This document shows positions 26,738 through 39,464 of a stretch of 64,000 nucleotides of DNA, piece by piece; position 1 is the stretch's first letter; every line of letters starts with the position of its first letter. The stretch lies in assembly GCA_013239625.1 (NCBI GenBank), contig MU055609.1:4662106-4726105 (forward strand). Reading direction: 5' to 3'. The position numbers and the translations under genes are program-made. The stretch comes from Lama guanicoe (lineage: Eukaryota). The notes beneath the pieces were generated by a model. That model was given only the letters and a program-made list of their open reading frames with translations, did not search any database and was not told the DNA's origin.

Positions 26738-29700
26738 TTTGGGAGGAAAAGGCCCCTCTTTGTCCCTTTTGACATTTGGGTTTATGAAAGTATGTTCTGT
26801 TCTTCAAAGTTACATCTTTATAAAGGAGAGAAAATAAGGAACAAATTTCTTGTAAGAGTCAAGCCTAGCTTTGTCCAAAAGCTCACTCACAGTCCCCAGT
26901 CATTCAGTGGTTATTGATTATTAGACAGTAAATATTTGGATTCTACTTTTTGAAACCAGCAGTCCTGCAGGGAGATAGAGCCTTTGTCCATATAAGAAGG
27001 CCAAGTAGAAAGTGTTGGAGGAGTCACAGAGTTTCATGTGGACTTGGAAGAATTAAAAATTATCCTGCCCAGTGGCCAGAGCAGCCTGAGAGATGGATGC
27101 ATGATGGATTGAAATGCCAGAAACCAGCAGGAAAGTGGGCATTCTGGGTGGAAGCGTTAGCCTATGCAGAGGTTGGGGACCAGCAAGTGCTTCTCATGGC
27201 TGAAGCTCAGGGTACAAGAAAAGAGGGAGGTTGGAATGGGAGGAAGAGAGAGGCTGAGACGAGATCACAGCCCTTCCTTTATCTCCTTGTTTGCATTAAC
27301 TCATGCCAGTCTCAATAGAGGTATTGTCTTGTATTGGGTCAGGGGCATCTGGAGACGGGAGTGTGAATTGCTTGCCTCTCTGAACTAGCCAGGGAGCTGG
27401 GGAGCCAAGCTCCTTGCCTCAGTCCAATACTCTGTCCACCTCACTATCGCAACCCTTGGTTAGAAGTTTGTTGGTAATGAATGTTCCATTAGATGTCTCG
27501 TTGAGAGGGCTGCGGGTAGTAGTAGGTATCTTCTGAGTTTTAGCTCATGAACCTAGGCAGGGACATTTGAACTTGGCATTGTTGAATGACTAGGAGTTCT
27601 ATAGGTAGATAAGGGGAAGGTGGAGGGGGAATTTGTCAAGCAAAGAAAGTAAAAGTAGCACAAACAGTGTCCTGGGGGTGCCTGAGCCCTGATTGATAAG
27701 GGACCGGAGCCATCTCAGGACATGGTAAGCACAGGGAGGGGGCAGAGCAGGGGTGCAGCCAGAGGGTTTTTTGGGCTCAGAGAGCCTGGTGTCTGCCCAG
27801 CCCTACCCTCCTTCTCTCTGCCTCTTGCCCCTCGAATCTCTCTGCCCCTCTCAAGTTCTCATTTCAAGTCAAGTGAGGGATTCAACCAGGGAGGAGGAGG
27901 ACGAGGAGGAAGATGAAGACGCATTCCTCCTGAGTGAGCTCAGGGCTTGCTTGCTCTGTGGCTTGTCTCTGATTCCAAGAACCACTTCTTTTATAAACCT
28001 GTGGTTTGGAGGGTCCAGCTGTGAAGGGCAGTCCTCAGATTGGCAGCAGATTCCTCTGTCAGTAGGGGTGCATTTTCTGGAGCACAGGGAACAGAATGTC
28101 AGGGTGGGACCTCTGCCTTGGTGTCCTCCTCAGATTCTGCCCAGGTCCAGGAGGGGCTCCTCCCACCTCTGCCTGTCCCCTAGCCCCGAAGGTAATAGGC
28201 ACGTTCTCTGGCCTCTCTAAGAAGCTTGTGGGAAAAGTGGTTCCCTGGGCCAGTGGAACAGACAACTATCTTGAGGAAGACTGAGAACCAGGGAACTCAG
28301 CCTGCCTGAGAACGAACAGCAGTCTTTGCTTTGAAGATGGAAGGGGAGGCTCTATTGAAAGGGCTGGGAGAGGCCGCCAGATCTTCACAGCTCATAAAGA
28401 CCTCGCGATCCCCTCATTGCACCCAGCCGGCTGGGTCAGACTGGACTTCCTTCTAAAGTGGGAATGATGATGGCAGTTTAGCTCCTAGAGGCCACCCCAC
28501 CCCCTCACGTTACTTTTGTCCTTCTTGAAACTACAGATACTTTGCCCAGATGTTAGCTTAAGCTATCTATGCAGCTATGTTAGGAGGGGAGACTGATGAT
28601 GATCTCATTTTGCTGACCTGACGAGTGGCTCTGGGAGCAGTGGCTGCCCAAGTCATTTGCCAGAAGGACTGGGCAGCACCAGCACCCAGGTTTTCTGAGG
28701 ACCCAAAGCTTGGGCTTTACAGGCAGAGGAAGCAGTTTGTCCTAAGACATGTGTGGGCATGGTGGGGTATGTGCGTGCATGTGTGTTGTCGTTTGGAGGG
28801 GAGAGGGTAGTTGTATGGGTGTAGCCAGATGGTAAATCAGTGGCTGACTGAGTTTGCTAGTCTTCAGATTTGACCTTGTAGACATGGTGACTATTCTCCA
28901 AAAGCGGGATTTCTGCGAGAACTTTATTCATCCAAAAAATATTTACTGAACCAGCACCTTCTCTGTGCTATGTTCACCACTCCTGCCCACATCCCTGGGA
29001 GGACAGCTGGCTAATTTAATAAGGAATTAACAGTCAGATGTGACAAGTGCTGTGATGGGGACACATAAAGGACGAAGAGGTATCACCCAGAGGGAGGGGG
29101 GTGGAGGAGCGTGCTCTAGAGAGGGCCCTGCGTGTGCGGTTGGGTTGTTGGCGTATTCATCAAGTGAATTTGGATGAAAGGGAGGCCTTTGTAAGCTGAA
29201 GAGTACTAAATATATATAAATAATAATAGGTTATCCTTTTTCCCAATGGGACTTAAAGAGTAATTTGTTGGCCTCTGATGAAGATCTCATAAAGACCTTC
29301 CTTCGTGCTTTCAATACCATATGGATTGGTGTGGGGAGTAGGCATGGACCACCTCTGTGGGAAATCCCGTGTCTGTTTCAGAAGCCGAATCTGGGGGAGA
29401 AATCTCGTAGATAAAGTCCCCTGACTCCTCAGAAGCCTTTGACTGGTCAGGCCATCTCTGGTCCTTCCAGGCTGGGCTCCTGGCCCCACCCCTTTAGCAG
29501 GTTTCTCACTAGGATCCTAAAGGCTGAGTGTGTCCTTGGGTGCTCTGGACCTATTCTTGGGGGATGCTAACAAGAAAACCCTGACTTGTGTGCCTGGTAG
29601 ACAACCAACAAGTATCCGCAGAAGTCTTTGTGATGCCCTCCAAAGGGCACCCCGCCTTGCCCTGCGGCACCCCCTGCAGACCTCTGCAGCGTGGGCTGTG

Positions 29701-30534
29701 TTGAGGGCGGAAGCAGCCTGGGTCTTGGTGCACACCTGACCTACCTCGTCATCTCCTCTGTGTCACTTTTGGAGCAAACTAAATAATCCACCACCCTTAG
29801 AGGGCCTCTCGCAAGCTTACAAGGGTGGGCTCTGTTCTAGAATGTGGCTGGGTGGGGTGGGGTGGGGTGTGATATGTCTTTGAGGGGCTGATTTCCTGTG
29901 ATCACAGAATTTGAGTCAACCAGACCATCTGTTTGGTTCTTTCGGGGCACTGGGTACCAGAGCTATTACTGTTTCTGCTTCAGAGACAGAGACAGACATG
30001 TGTACACACAGACTTGCACAGAGTCCGTGACCTTGTGAATCCTCTTGTTGGGGGTATTAACATTTCTGTAAAGTGACCGTCCTAGTCCCCTCATCTTAAC
30101 ACCGCTCCCTCGTGTTTGCTCAGAGCCCCAGGGGCTGGGAGCAGGGTGGGATGAGGGTCTCACCCAGTGCAGCAAACCTTCCCTGTGCACCTACTGGGTG
30201 CCTGGCCTAGTCCTGGGGAGGCTTCCTGCACCTGCTGCATTTAGGCTTGAAGGACAGGTAGGGCAGCAGGAAGCCACGGGGAGGGCTCACTTCCAGTGCG
30301 AGGAGCCCTGATGGGAGGAAAGGACACTAGGTAGCCTGTGTTGATGGCTGCATCGAAGTGGGCCAGGGTGGAGGAGGAGGTAAAAGGGAGTCTCACTCCT
30401 CTGTGGCTCCGGGCACCTGGGGCTCTGGGCGGGAGGCACTGCCCTGCTCTCATTCAGCTAGCTAGTTTTTGTTGGGGTTATCGTTGCTGAGCTGAGCTGT
30501 AGCGCCCTTCTGTGGCAGCTGAAGAATTTGGTTA

Positions 30535-30740
30535 GAGGAGAAGAAATATGGGCTTTGAAACCTGGTAGACCTGGGTTCGAATCCCAGGTTGGCCACTTCC
30601 TGGCCTACTGTGTAACCGTGGGCAGGTCAGCTCTCTGAGCTTCAGTCTTCTTTTCTGTAACACAGGGACAATACTGGGACTGGAGAGGGGATCAGAGGGA
30701 AGTACTAAAGGGCCAGGCATTAGGAGTCACCTGTTACTGT
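30535..30740 (+). mobile_element. MIR SINE with intact B box
   Basis: agacctgggttcgaatcccagg…ctgtgtaaccgtgggcaggtcagctctctgagcttcagtcttcttttctgtaa. Confidence 0.75.
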
Positions 30741-31942
30741 CAGGGGTTGCTATCCTGTCACTCCTGTGGGCAGCAGAGGGAGAGAGGGAGGGTGTGGCTG
30801 GAGCATGCCACCTCCAGAGGAGTGGAGCCCTGGCTGGGGCCCTCTTTCTGACTTCCCAGTGCCCTGAAGGGCCGAGCCACAGACCCAGCCATTGCAACCC
30901 AGCACCCACCAGTGAGGGGCCGGCATAAGCTTCTCTCCCCCTCATTTCTCATTTGCTGGTGACCACGCCTGGCAGGTGCTCAGGAGCCTCCGGACAAGGT
31001 ACTCTACCTACTGCATCTTGGACAGCACAAACACCTGAGCTAGAGGCAGAGTGGCACCCGGATTTCAAGCAGAAGAGCCAGCTACGCGGTCAGCGGTCTG
31101 ACAGTCGTGCTTAGAGGGCTGCCCGAGTGGACAGCGGCTGGCTTCTCGTGGTGTTGTTTGCTCCAGTTTCCTTTGCGTTGTGACCNNNNNNNNNNNNNNN
31201 NNNNNNNNNNNNNNNNNNNNNNNNNNNNNNNNNNNNNNNNNNNNNNNNNNNNNNNNNNNNNNNNNNNNNNNNNNNNNNNNNNNNNNNNNNNNNNNNNNNN
31301 NNNNNNNNNNNNNNNNNNNNNNNNNNNNNNNNNGGGGTGGGGGACTGAACAGAGACTGTTAGCTAAATTAGTGCAATTAGTTCGTGCTTTAAAGGCTTAG
31401 ATGGCATCTGCTCAGCACTGAGCCTGCGTGCCTGCAAACCCCAGTAGTGGGCTGCTTGAGGCTTCCCTCCTGGCCCGCCAGGAGAGCCCGAGGATTCCCG
31501 GCCCCTTCGTTTACACACCCCTCCCCGGCCAAGTGTAAACTCCTTAGCTTTGATGTGAGGGGACCCTGGTGAACTTTCCAGACTCTGCACCTTGTCCTGT
31601 CATGGCAGAGGGCGAGCCGAGGGAAGGTGACTTTGTCCCCACTGAATCTGTGCAGCTGAGTGATGTGTGAGCCCTCATTCTTGAAAAGTGTTCTGGGGGT
31701 CTTGCCTTTAATGATTTCTTTTAAACTTAAAAAAAGAAAGTTTGTAGAAGCAGGTTTTTTGTTCTCTGCACACCTCAGGCCTGGCAGGATTAAGTTGTCA
31801 CTGGAACTGAGTGTGTGTGCGGGCCCATGCCAGGGAATTTTCCACTTTTCAGAAGCAACTGCCAGTGTTCTTGTTAGGGAGCTGTCACTGGCCTATAATG
31901 ACATGTTTGCGGTTGTAAGAGGCTCCTTTAAGACAGTGGGAA

Positions 31943-31988
31943 GCGCGCGCGCGCGCGCGTGTGTATGTGTGTGTGTGTGTGTGTGTGT
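31943..31988. repeat. (GC)8(GT)n compound microsatellite
   Basis: 46 nt of uninterrupted purine-pyrimidine alternation. Confidence 0.95.
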
Positions 31989-34900
31989 TTTGCTAATGGT
32001 GTAAACCAGGGCCTGAAGCTCATCTCTCTTTAAGAAGGAAATCAGCGTTGTACAAACAGCGTGCTGTTGATCCACTCCGCACTGTTCATTTGCAGGGGGC
32101 ACCTCTGGCCCTTAATCTCCCTTGTCTTGGGTGTACACGCCTAGGACCCGCGCCCTGTGCCGTGCAGCCCAGCCGGGGAGGTGTTTGCACATGGACGAGG
32201 GCGCCCTGGCCAGCATCCACAGTTTAACCAGGTATTATGACTCGTGGCTCCACCTCTTACACAAACTGTGCCCTTTGATCTAATTCCCAGAAGAAGCCGG
32301 GTGCTTCCTGGGATGGATGGGCAGGGCTCTGTGGGATGGTAGCCGTGACCTTCTCAGCACAGAGAAGCCAGTTCCTCTTTCTCTTGGAAATGTTCCATCT
32401 GGGGTGCCTTTCTTTCATTTTTTAAAAAGGTAAAGAGAGGTCTTGCCTCAGAAGACTGAGTTCTGTCAAGCAGAGGACTTTGTCTTCCAATAGCCCCGAT
32501 CCCTTCTGTGCCCTGGCCTGCTTCGTGTTCATGGAATCATAAAAAGCACGCCTGGTGCCATGTTGCTGGCTCAGGGGCTTCCTCTGACTGAGCACCTGTT
32601 TCACCTGAGCTCCTTACCCGAGGAGTCATATTTAGGTCCCCCACACCCTTGTAGAGGGTAGAGCGCCCCACTCCTTTCCAGATGATGGTGAAGGGCTCAG
32701 AAAGGTAAAGCGAGGTGCCCATGTACCCCAGCTGCTGGAGGATGGAGCAGCTGGGCCTAGAACTGGACTTCTCTGTCCCTGGGCAGCATCTTTAAGCATC
32801 AATTTCCAAACTTAGACCAGAGAAGCCGGAACACAGCTGAAAGGTCTGGGCTTGACTTTCTACACATCTTGAGCTGAGGGACCTTGGACAAGTCCCTGAG
32901 CCTCCCTTCTCTTATCTGTAGTCCCTGCCAGATTGTTGGGAAGATCCAGGAGAGGAGCTGGATGCACTGTGCTAAGGCAGGCTGGGTGGGCAGGGTGGGA
33001 GGCCCGCTCCTCATATGCGTAAGAGGCCCCCTTTTGGGGGGAGGGGAAGTGAGTAAGCCCCTCGCCCACCCTAGCAACCAGGGATGGAGTGGAGCTCTGG
33101 GGAGGCAGAGGCGTGGCGGGATTTACGCTCTGAGGAGAGGCTGTCAGAAGGGGCCTGGTCCAGGGGAGGGTTAAGATGACAGTGGTAATCTCTCACCTCC
33201 CTGTCACCTCCCGCATCTTCGAGTCTTGCCATCCTTTAAGGCCTAGGCTCGAGTGCTACCTCTTCCATAAAGCTTCCCTGATCCCCCTAATCCCTGCCTC
33301 GCAGCGCCCGCTTGGAGCACCTTCCCACATCCTTCAGTTCTCTGTCGCTCCCACTCATTTCATCCCCTAGATTTTGAGGGCAGAGCCGGGCCTTTGTCAT
33401 CTCCCATCCCGGCGGGCACCACGCATCCCTGGCAGCCCAGGCGCCAGTGTTTGCTGAACACATCAACGTGTATAAAGCACTCATAACCTCTGTAAGCTCC
33501 CCATCTACCTTTTTTCTCCTTTCTTCCCAGGGTAATTTGCCAGTTAGATCCAGCAGACTGTTCAGTGGAGTCTTACGCGCGCGCACATACACACACCCTA
33601 CACCCCATACCCCTTTAGTGGTGGCCAACTCAGTGAAATGTTTCCTGGAAGGAGCAGAGTTAGAAGGTCAGTCTGCTTTGGGAAGAGCAAAACATGTGGA
33701 TGATCTCAGATGTAGAGAATGCCTTGTGCTTACCTTATGTTTGTAATGATTTGTCTGTTGTTTCCTTTCATAAACATCAAAGAGCACACAGCACTCTTCT
33801 TGAGAACTGCAGGGGTTGGTGACAGGAAAATGGGGCAATTTTGGGGGGTTTCTCAGACCTGAAATTGGGGGTGGAGGGACAGAGAGACTAAAGTTAGAGC
33901 ATTTATAATGATGCACTTCTCTGGGCCTGTTTTCCTGCTGGTAAACAGCAGTCACCCCTTCCCAGGGATGTTGAGGAGTAACTAGTACCCCCTTTCCTCT
34001 CCCACAGTCTGGGATCAGGATGAAAAGCCATCTGCTTCTCTGTGCGTGCCCTCTCTGTGTTCCTGCATCCGTCCTCTCACCCCGGGAGACAGAAGTGAGA
34101 TGGGGGCTTTGGGGAAGAAGCTCTGATGTTAGGACACCCCTCACTTGTGCCTGATGGCCTGACCATGGCAAGCTGGAACTTCTGTCACCTGGACGTGGCC
34201 CTTTCTCAGGTTGCTTGGCTGAGAGCTCAGCATGATGCCCACTTGGTTCCCTGTAGCAGCTGGACCTCAGCTGCCTCACTTGGAGCTGAGCAGAGGCCCA
34301 GGGGCAGGAAGGCTCACCCAAGTCACACAGCAGGTGGCTTGTAGCCAGAGCTGGAACCCTGATCCCAGGACCCTTGGTCCAGGGCTCTTTTCTGTCATAA
34401 GAATTCCCAGGAAGTGCCAAATGGTGCTGGGTAACGTGGCTGGCTCTCCCCTTCTCAGAGGGGAGACTGAGGCTGAGCTGTGGCTCGTAGCTTTGTTGTG
34501 GCAGAGCAGAGAGGAAACCCACATACTCTGATCTGGACTGTGCTAGTGCCCTGTCCCCACTGTGAACCACCCCAAGGTAACATGGCCCACTGCTTCACCC
34601 TGATGGTCAGATCTGGAGAAGCCTTTTGTAGCTCAGAGTATCGGCGCCTGGACTGAGGACCATCCTTTGGTGACGGGAAAGTATATCCAATTCTCCTTGC
34701 ACGTGATGGCCCCTTTGCTGTTTGGAGGCAGGGATCCTGTGTCACTCCTCCGTGTCATCCGAACCTATTTAACGCCAGCTGGTTCTGTCTCCTCACGTGG
34801 CAACATCTCTGTGTTTTCTCCAGGGTGCAGAACTAGAGCCTCTGTCCTCCAAATGTATTCTCTCCTGTGGTCTGTACCTAAAACCAAGAGGCTGCTCCCT

Positions 34901-36581
34901 GTACCTTCCTCTCTTTTGACCCCTGCTTTTCTCGGTCTTGGCCTTTCTGTCTGGGTGATGCAACTCCCTCCATTCCCTGTGTTACATCTTCAGTTTGTTG
35001 ATGCTGCTAAAGTTCCTTCCAGGAAACTTGGCCCAGAAGGCCCCCGGTCAGTCCAGTATTTTGCACAGAATGCTGAGGCCTCTGTCTTGATGACACCTGT
35101 GTAGGCATTCCACCCTCCCTGGGACACAAGCCTTCCTCAAAGGCCTTCGTGTCTCAGTGCAGGTGTGCCCTCCGCTGCCCAGCTGTGAGCACACAGCCCC
35201 ACACCACGTGCCCCTCATGTCCTGGGTGCTCAGCCACGTGGCCAGTGTTGAGTTTCAGTCAAGGAAGGCTGCACTTGGTTTCACATGTGGGCCCCGTGCT
35301 GCTACACGCCTGAGTGTTGGGGTGGGGCAAGGAGGGAAGGGATTTGCAGAACAAAGTTCCATTTTGCAGCCTTGTAAATCAGTCAGGAGGGGTTGGCCGA
35401 ACTGGCAGGAGTCCCGCCGTTCACTCTGAGCATTTGTTTTTATTCTATTTTCCAAGAGCTTCATGTGCATAGAATTATTTTTAAAAGAGAGTAAAAATGG
35501 TTTGGGGGATCCCATGCTAGTTTATGAGTGAGGATAACTGGGGGTCTCGGGATGAGGCTGGAACAGAACATTATGTAGGGGACATCCGCAGATCCCCACT
35601 TCTTGAAGGAAGCATGAATGTTTGTCACCTACCACAAGGTATGTATGAGATGAGAGCTTGTCTCCTGGTTCCTGTGGACTGACCTGCTGTTCGTGGAGGT
35701 GCAGGGGGCTTCTTGCTACAGAGCCAGGAAAGGGCCCAGCACCACATCCAGGGCTGGCCAAGTCTGTCTCTCCGTGGAGCCCTGGGGACTCTGGTGGTGG
35801 TGGGTAGGTTTGTCAGTGGTGCGCCAGGATGCCTGGCACAGGGTCAGAGGGGGTCAGGTGGGATTCTCAGAAGCCATGGCTGCTCTTCTGCTTGGAACCC
35901 TTCCCCATTGCCTGGAGCAGAGTGTCCTGGTTCCTCCCAGTTGCTTAGATCCCAAGGCCCCATGTTTGAACCCTGCTTCTCCACCAGGGGAGGGTAGAGG
36001 GAGGGCGACAGGAGAATGTGCTTATTCTTGGGCAGGGGAGGTGTCTGGGTATCTCCCCACTGTTGACAACCAGATTTGGATGAAGGGGCTTGTGTGAAAT
36101 CAGCTGGTGTGTGTCTGGAGCACACGAACGGGGCTGAGGGGCTACAGTGACCCCTGAGCCCCAGTGGTGGTGTAACCACCCTGGGACCCCAAAGAAGCCT
36201 TGCTCTTTAGGGGAAAAGTTGTGGGATGAGCCCTCCCTAGAAGTCTCGCTGGCTGTGAACAAAATAAAAAACTTCGCAGGGAGGGGAATTTTCATTCACA
36301 GCTTCAGGCAGATGTCTGAAGGCACCTCGGGCTTTCCAAGTGGACAATATCCCGGAGGCTTAGAGGAGGCAGTTGGCTGGAGTAGGCCACACTGCTCAGT
36401 ATAAGGCCTGTTTTCTATTTAGAAAAGAATTTTTAGTTAGTTTTAAAAATGCACAAGTTACCAAACTGCTTGCCCGATTTGATTCTGCTTTTTTCAGTCC
36501 AGATATACATGCATATACAGGGAAATGCTGGTGAGGAGGGCCAGGGGTTGGATGCAGGGGAGAGTCCGAGCTTCATCAGCT

Positions 36582-36673
36582 GTTTTTTTGGTTTGTTATG
36601 GAGGTACTGGGGATTGAACCCAGGACCCCGTGCATGCTAACCATACATTCTGTCACTGAGCTACACTCTCCCC
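36582..36673 (-). mobile_element. Vic-1-type SINE, short form without the CCTAATTACCTCCC 3' module
   Basis: gaggtactggggattgaacccaggaccccgtgcatgctaacc…ctgagctacactctccc; flanking direct repeat tcatcagct at 36573-36581 and 36683-36691. Confidence 0.8.
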
Positions 36674-36864
36674 TTGCAGACGTCATCAGCTAGAATCTGC
36701 AGGCTCTGATAACAAACAAGTTTCTGGGTGGTTTTTAAGTTTTAACCATTAAGTGTTCTATAATGAACAGAGAAGAGTTAAAATTCAGGGTCCTTCTGTT
36801 CATGCAGGAGCTGCTCTTTCCAGTCCCTGCCCCCATGGTGTGTGGACTGGGTTGGGGAGAGCAG

Positions 36865-37015
36865 CTTGGAAGAAGGGCCCTAGAGGTCATCTTCTCTAAC
36901 TCCACCATTGGACATATCGGGAAACTGAGGCCCAGAGCGAGAAGGGACTTGCCCACAGTCTTCCGGCCAGGACCCGAACCCACGCAGTAGATGTCTGGCT
37001 TCTGAGACTAGAGCT
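36865..37015 (-). mobile_element. MIR SINE fragment
   Basis: ctagaggtcatcttctctaactcc…gggaaactgaggcccagagcgagaagggacttgccc. Confidence 0.65.
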
Positions 37016-37899
37016 CTTTCCTCTCCTACTCCTGTGGGGGAGTCCTGTCCCGAGCACCTACCACAGCCCCGGCATGCTGTAGGCCTCATTGAATGTCAGG
37101 GGGTTTTGGTGTGGGTTTTGTGTTTTTAGAGAAAACTCACATGAGACGCTTTGCTGAGTGCCTTAATGGAGCTCTAACTCGAAGTTGGAAACCACAGGGA
37201 GAGGCCGATTCCTAGCAATCCAGAAAGGTTTGGCTCCAGATGGCCAGGTTTGAGCAGGTCCTTGAATAATAAAGGTTATAATCATTTATTGAACACCTGC
37301 TGTATGCCTCACATGGTGCTGGCTCTCAGAGATGGGCAAAACAGCCCCAGCTGTTGAGGTATGGAGTGAGGGCAGTGTCATGTTGACAGATGTGGTGATG
37401 GGGTCCCTCGGGTTAGGTTTTGTATGCAAGAATTATTTAACCCTTTTGTCGCTCTCTGACACTGGTTGTTGCTTTCATTTTCTTCTTTGTACTTTTCTCC
37501 CCTTTTGAAAGTTTTTCATTATGAGCACATGTTTGCTTCAAAATCAAAGAAAAACAATAACCGTCATTCTTCAGGGCACAGAGTTAAGCTCTGCAGATCT
37601 ACTTAATTTTGCTGCTGGAAGAGCCTTTAAGGATAAGTTATCGCTTCAGCTCCCTGACACCTGAGTCACTGCTAACATGGCCCTCTCATTGGAGGGTAGC
37701 AAAAGTCCATGCTCCAACCCTGATGTCATCCATTTACTAGAGCCATGGTTACCCCAGCCCAAACATTCAAAGGACCAGGGACCACCCACCCACGCACCCC
37801 CACTTCCTAGAACCATGGACTCCTGATTTCATAGGAAAACGAGATCCTGGTGTTGAGGGAGCCTCGTAAGTCATGCACCCACATTCAAGTTTTCATTTA

Positions 37900-38350
37900 A
37901 GAGGCTTTTAAAAAAAATAATAACATATCCATATATTGTATCCTTAATATATAAAGAGCTCTTATTATCACTAAGGGAGAAAAATCAAATACCTAAATAA
38001 CAAAGCATGAATGTTTTACTATTTATTTTACAAATGACCAGTGTAAGCCATTTCAAAAGGGTAGTGATCCAAAAGATTAAGTCAAAATACCAAAGAGGTC
38101 AGAGAGATCTCATTTTGTAACTACTGAGTTAGCAAACACTGATTTAATGCCTGTTAATTAAATTGGTTGAATGATGATACCCTGTATAATATTAGGCTTA
38201 TTAAAAATCATATTTCCTTTGACCATTTAATGAGAAGGGGGGAAGTGCTCATGACATTATTTAACAAAATGCAGTGACTAATTTTCTTTTTACTTTGCCA
38301 TATTCTATAATAGGGGGGCTATTTTATATTAAACAGTAAATGCTAATTTA
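37900..38350 (+). mobile_element. Old L1 fragment
   Basis: A-rich; tatccttaatatataaagagctctta…aagggagaaaaatcaaatacc resembles the L1 ORF2 3' region. Confidence 0.5.
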
Positions 38351-38959
38351 AAGAACTGAAGTGCTGAAGCTTCCCAGATCTTTCTTTAAAAACAAAACAT
38401 TGTTTCTGGGCTGAAGGCTGAAGAAGAGTACGTCTGGACTCTGAGGCAGACAAATGGAGAAAGGTCACCTTCAGCCTGCTGTCCACATCAAGATTTGTTT
38501 TCTCGTCTGTGAAGTGGGGGTGCTTGTGTCTGCCTCAGAAGGCCATCTGGGGGTTCAGGGAGAGATGGTGTGAAAGTATCCGGCCCATTTCTGAGCATCA
38601 GGCCAGTTGGCCCCTGCCATCCACCCCGCCCAGGGCCGGGCCTCTGCTCCATCCTTCTCACACCATGGTCAGGGGCTCCATCTCTTCCACCCTCACCCCA
38701 AGAGCAAGTCAGCGCCACATTTGTTGAGTAAAAAACATTTAGTCAGGGCAAGAGAGGGTTTGGGCTTTCCCAAATGTATTGCCTGCTCTCACCCACCTTT
38801 TTGATCATTGTCATTGGTCCACCCACCCTGCTTTGACTGGGGGACTTGAATGAAGACATGAATAATCGGAGAAAGAGTGTGCCCTGGGAAGGTGGCTGTG
38901 TTTTGGAAAGATGTCAGTTCTCCTCCAAATATATATATATATATAAAAGAACTTTTTTC

Positions 38960-39317
38960 TTTTGGTAGGAAGGTGACTTTTATAATGGTAGGAAGTTTGG
39001 AGGGATAAATAGATAAAAATAAGCAAGAAAACTTCAGTGAAAGAATTGAAGGAGATAATAAAATACATTGTAAAACTCTTATCATTAGAATGGAGTGTTA
39101 GGGACACAGGCCAGAGTTCTAAAAGCTCAGAAACAACCATACTTTTCTAAGAATTTTGTCTCTGGTTTCACATAAGTAGGGAAAAAAATCAACCTGAACC
39201 AGTTGACTATTAGAGGAGTAAAACCCTTATTCTTTACCAAAATAAGTTCCAGAGGGATTGAAGAGTTAAATATAAAACCAGTCTCTGAAAGAGCTTGAAG
39301 AAAACACAGGTGGATGT
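38960..39317 (+). mobile_element. Old L1 fragment adjoining the third SINE
   Basis: accaaaataagttccagagggattgaagagttaaatataaaacc…gaagaaaacacagg resembles L1 ORF2. Confidence 0.55.
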
Positions 39318-39332
39318 TTACCTCACCTCATT

Positions 39333-39464
39333 ATTTTGGGGTGGGGAGAGAGGTAATTAGCTTTATTTACTTATTTATCTTTAGATGAGGTACTGGGGAT
39401 TGAACCCAGGACCTTGTGCATGCTAAGCATGTGCTCTGCCACTTGAGCTGTATCCTCCCACCTC
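39333..39464 (-). mobile_element. Vic-1-type SINE, full length
   Basis: Same head and tail as the 19.7 kb copy; 15-nt TSD ttacctcacctcatt (39318-39332) / ttacctcaccccatt (39465-39479) with one mismatch. Confidence 0.85.

Noticed and set aside
27891-27920. Acidic EEEDEEEDED stretch
   Set aside because: GA-rich simple sequence without supporting exon structure or homology.
33668-34570. 300-aa minus-strand ORF
   Set aside because: No recognisable domain, overlaps MIR-like sequence, composition typical of chance ORFs in GC-rich intron.
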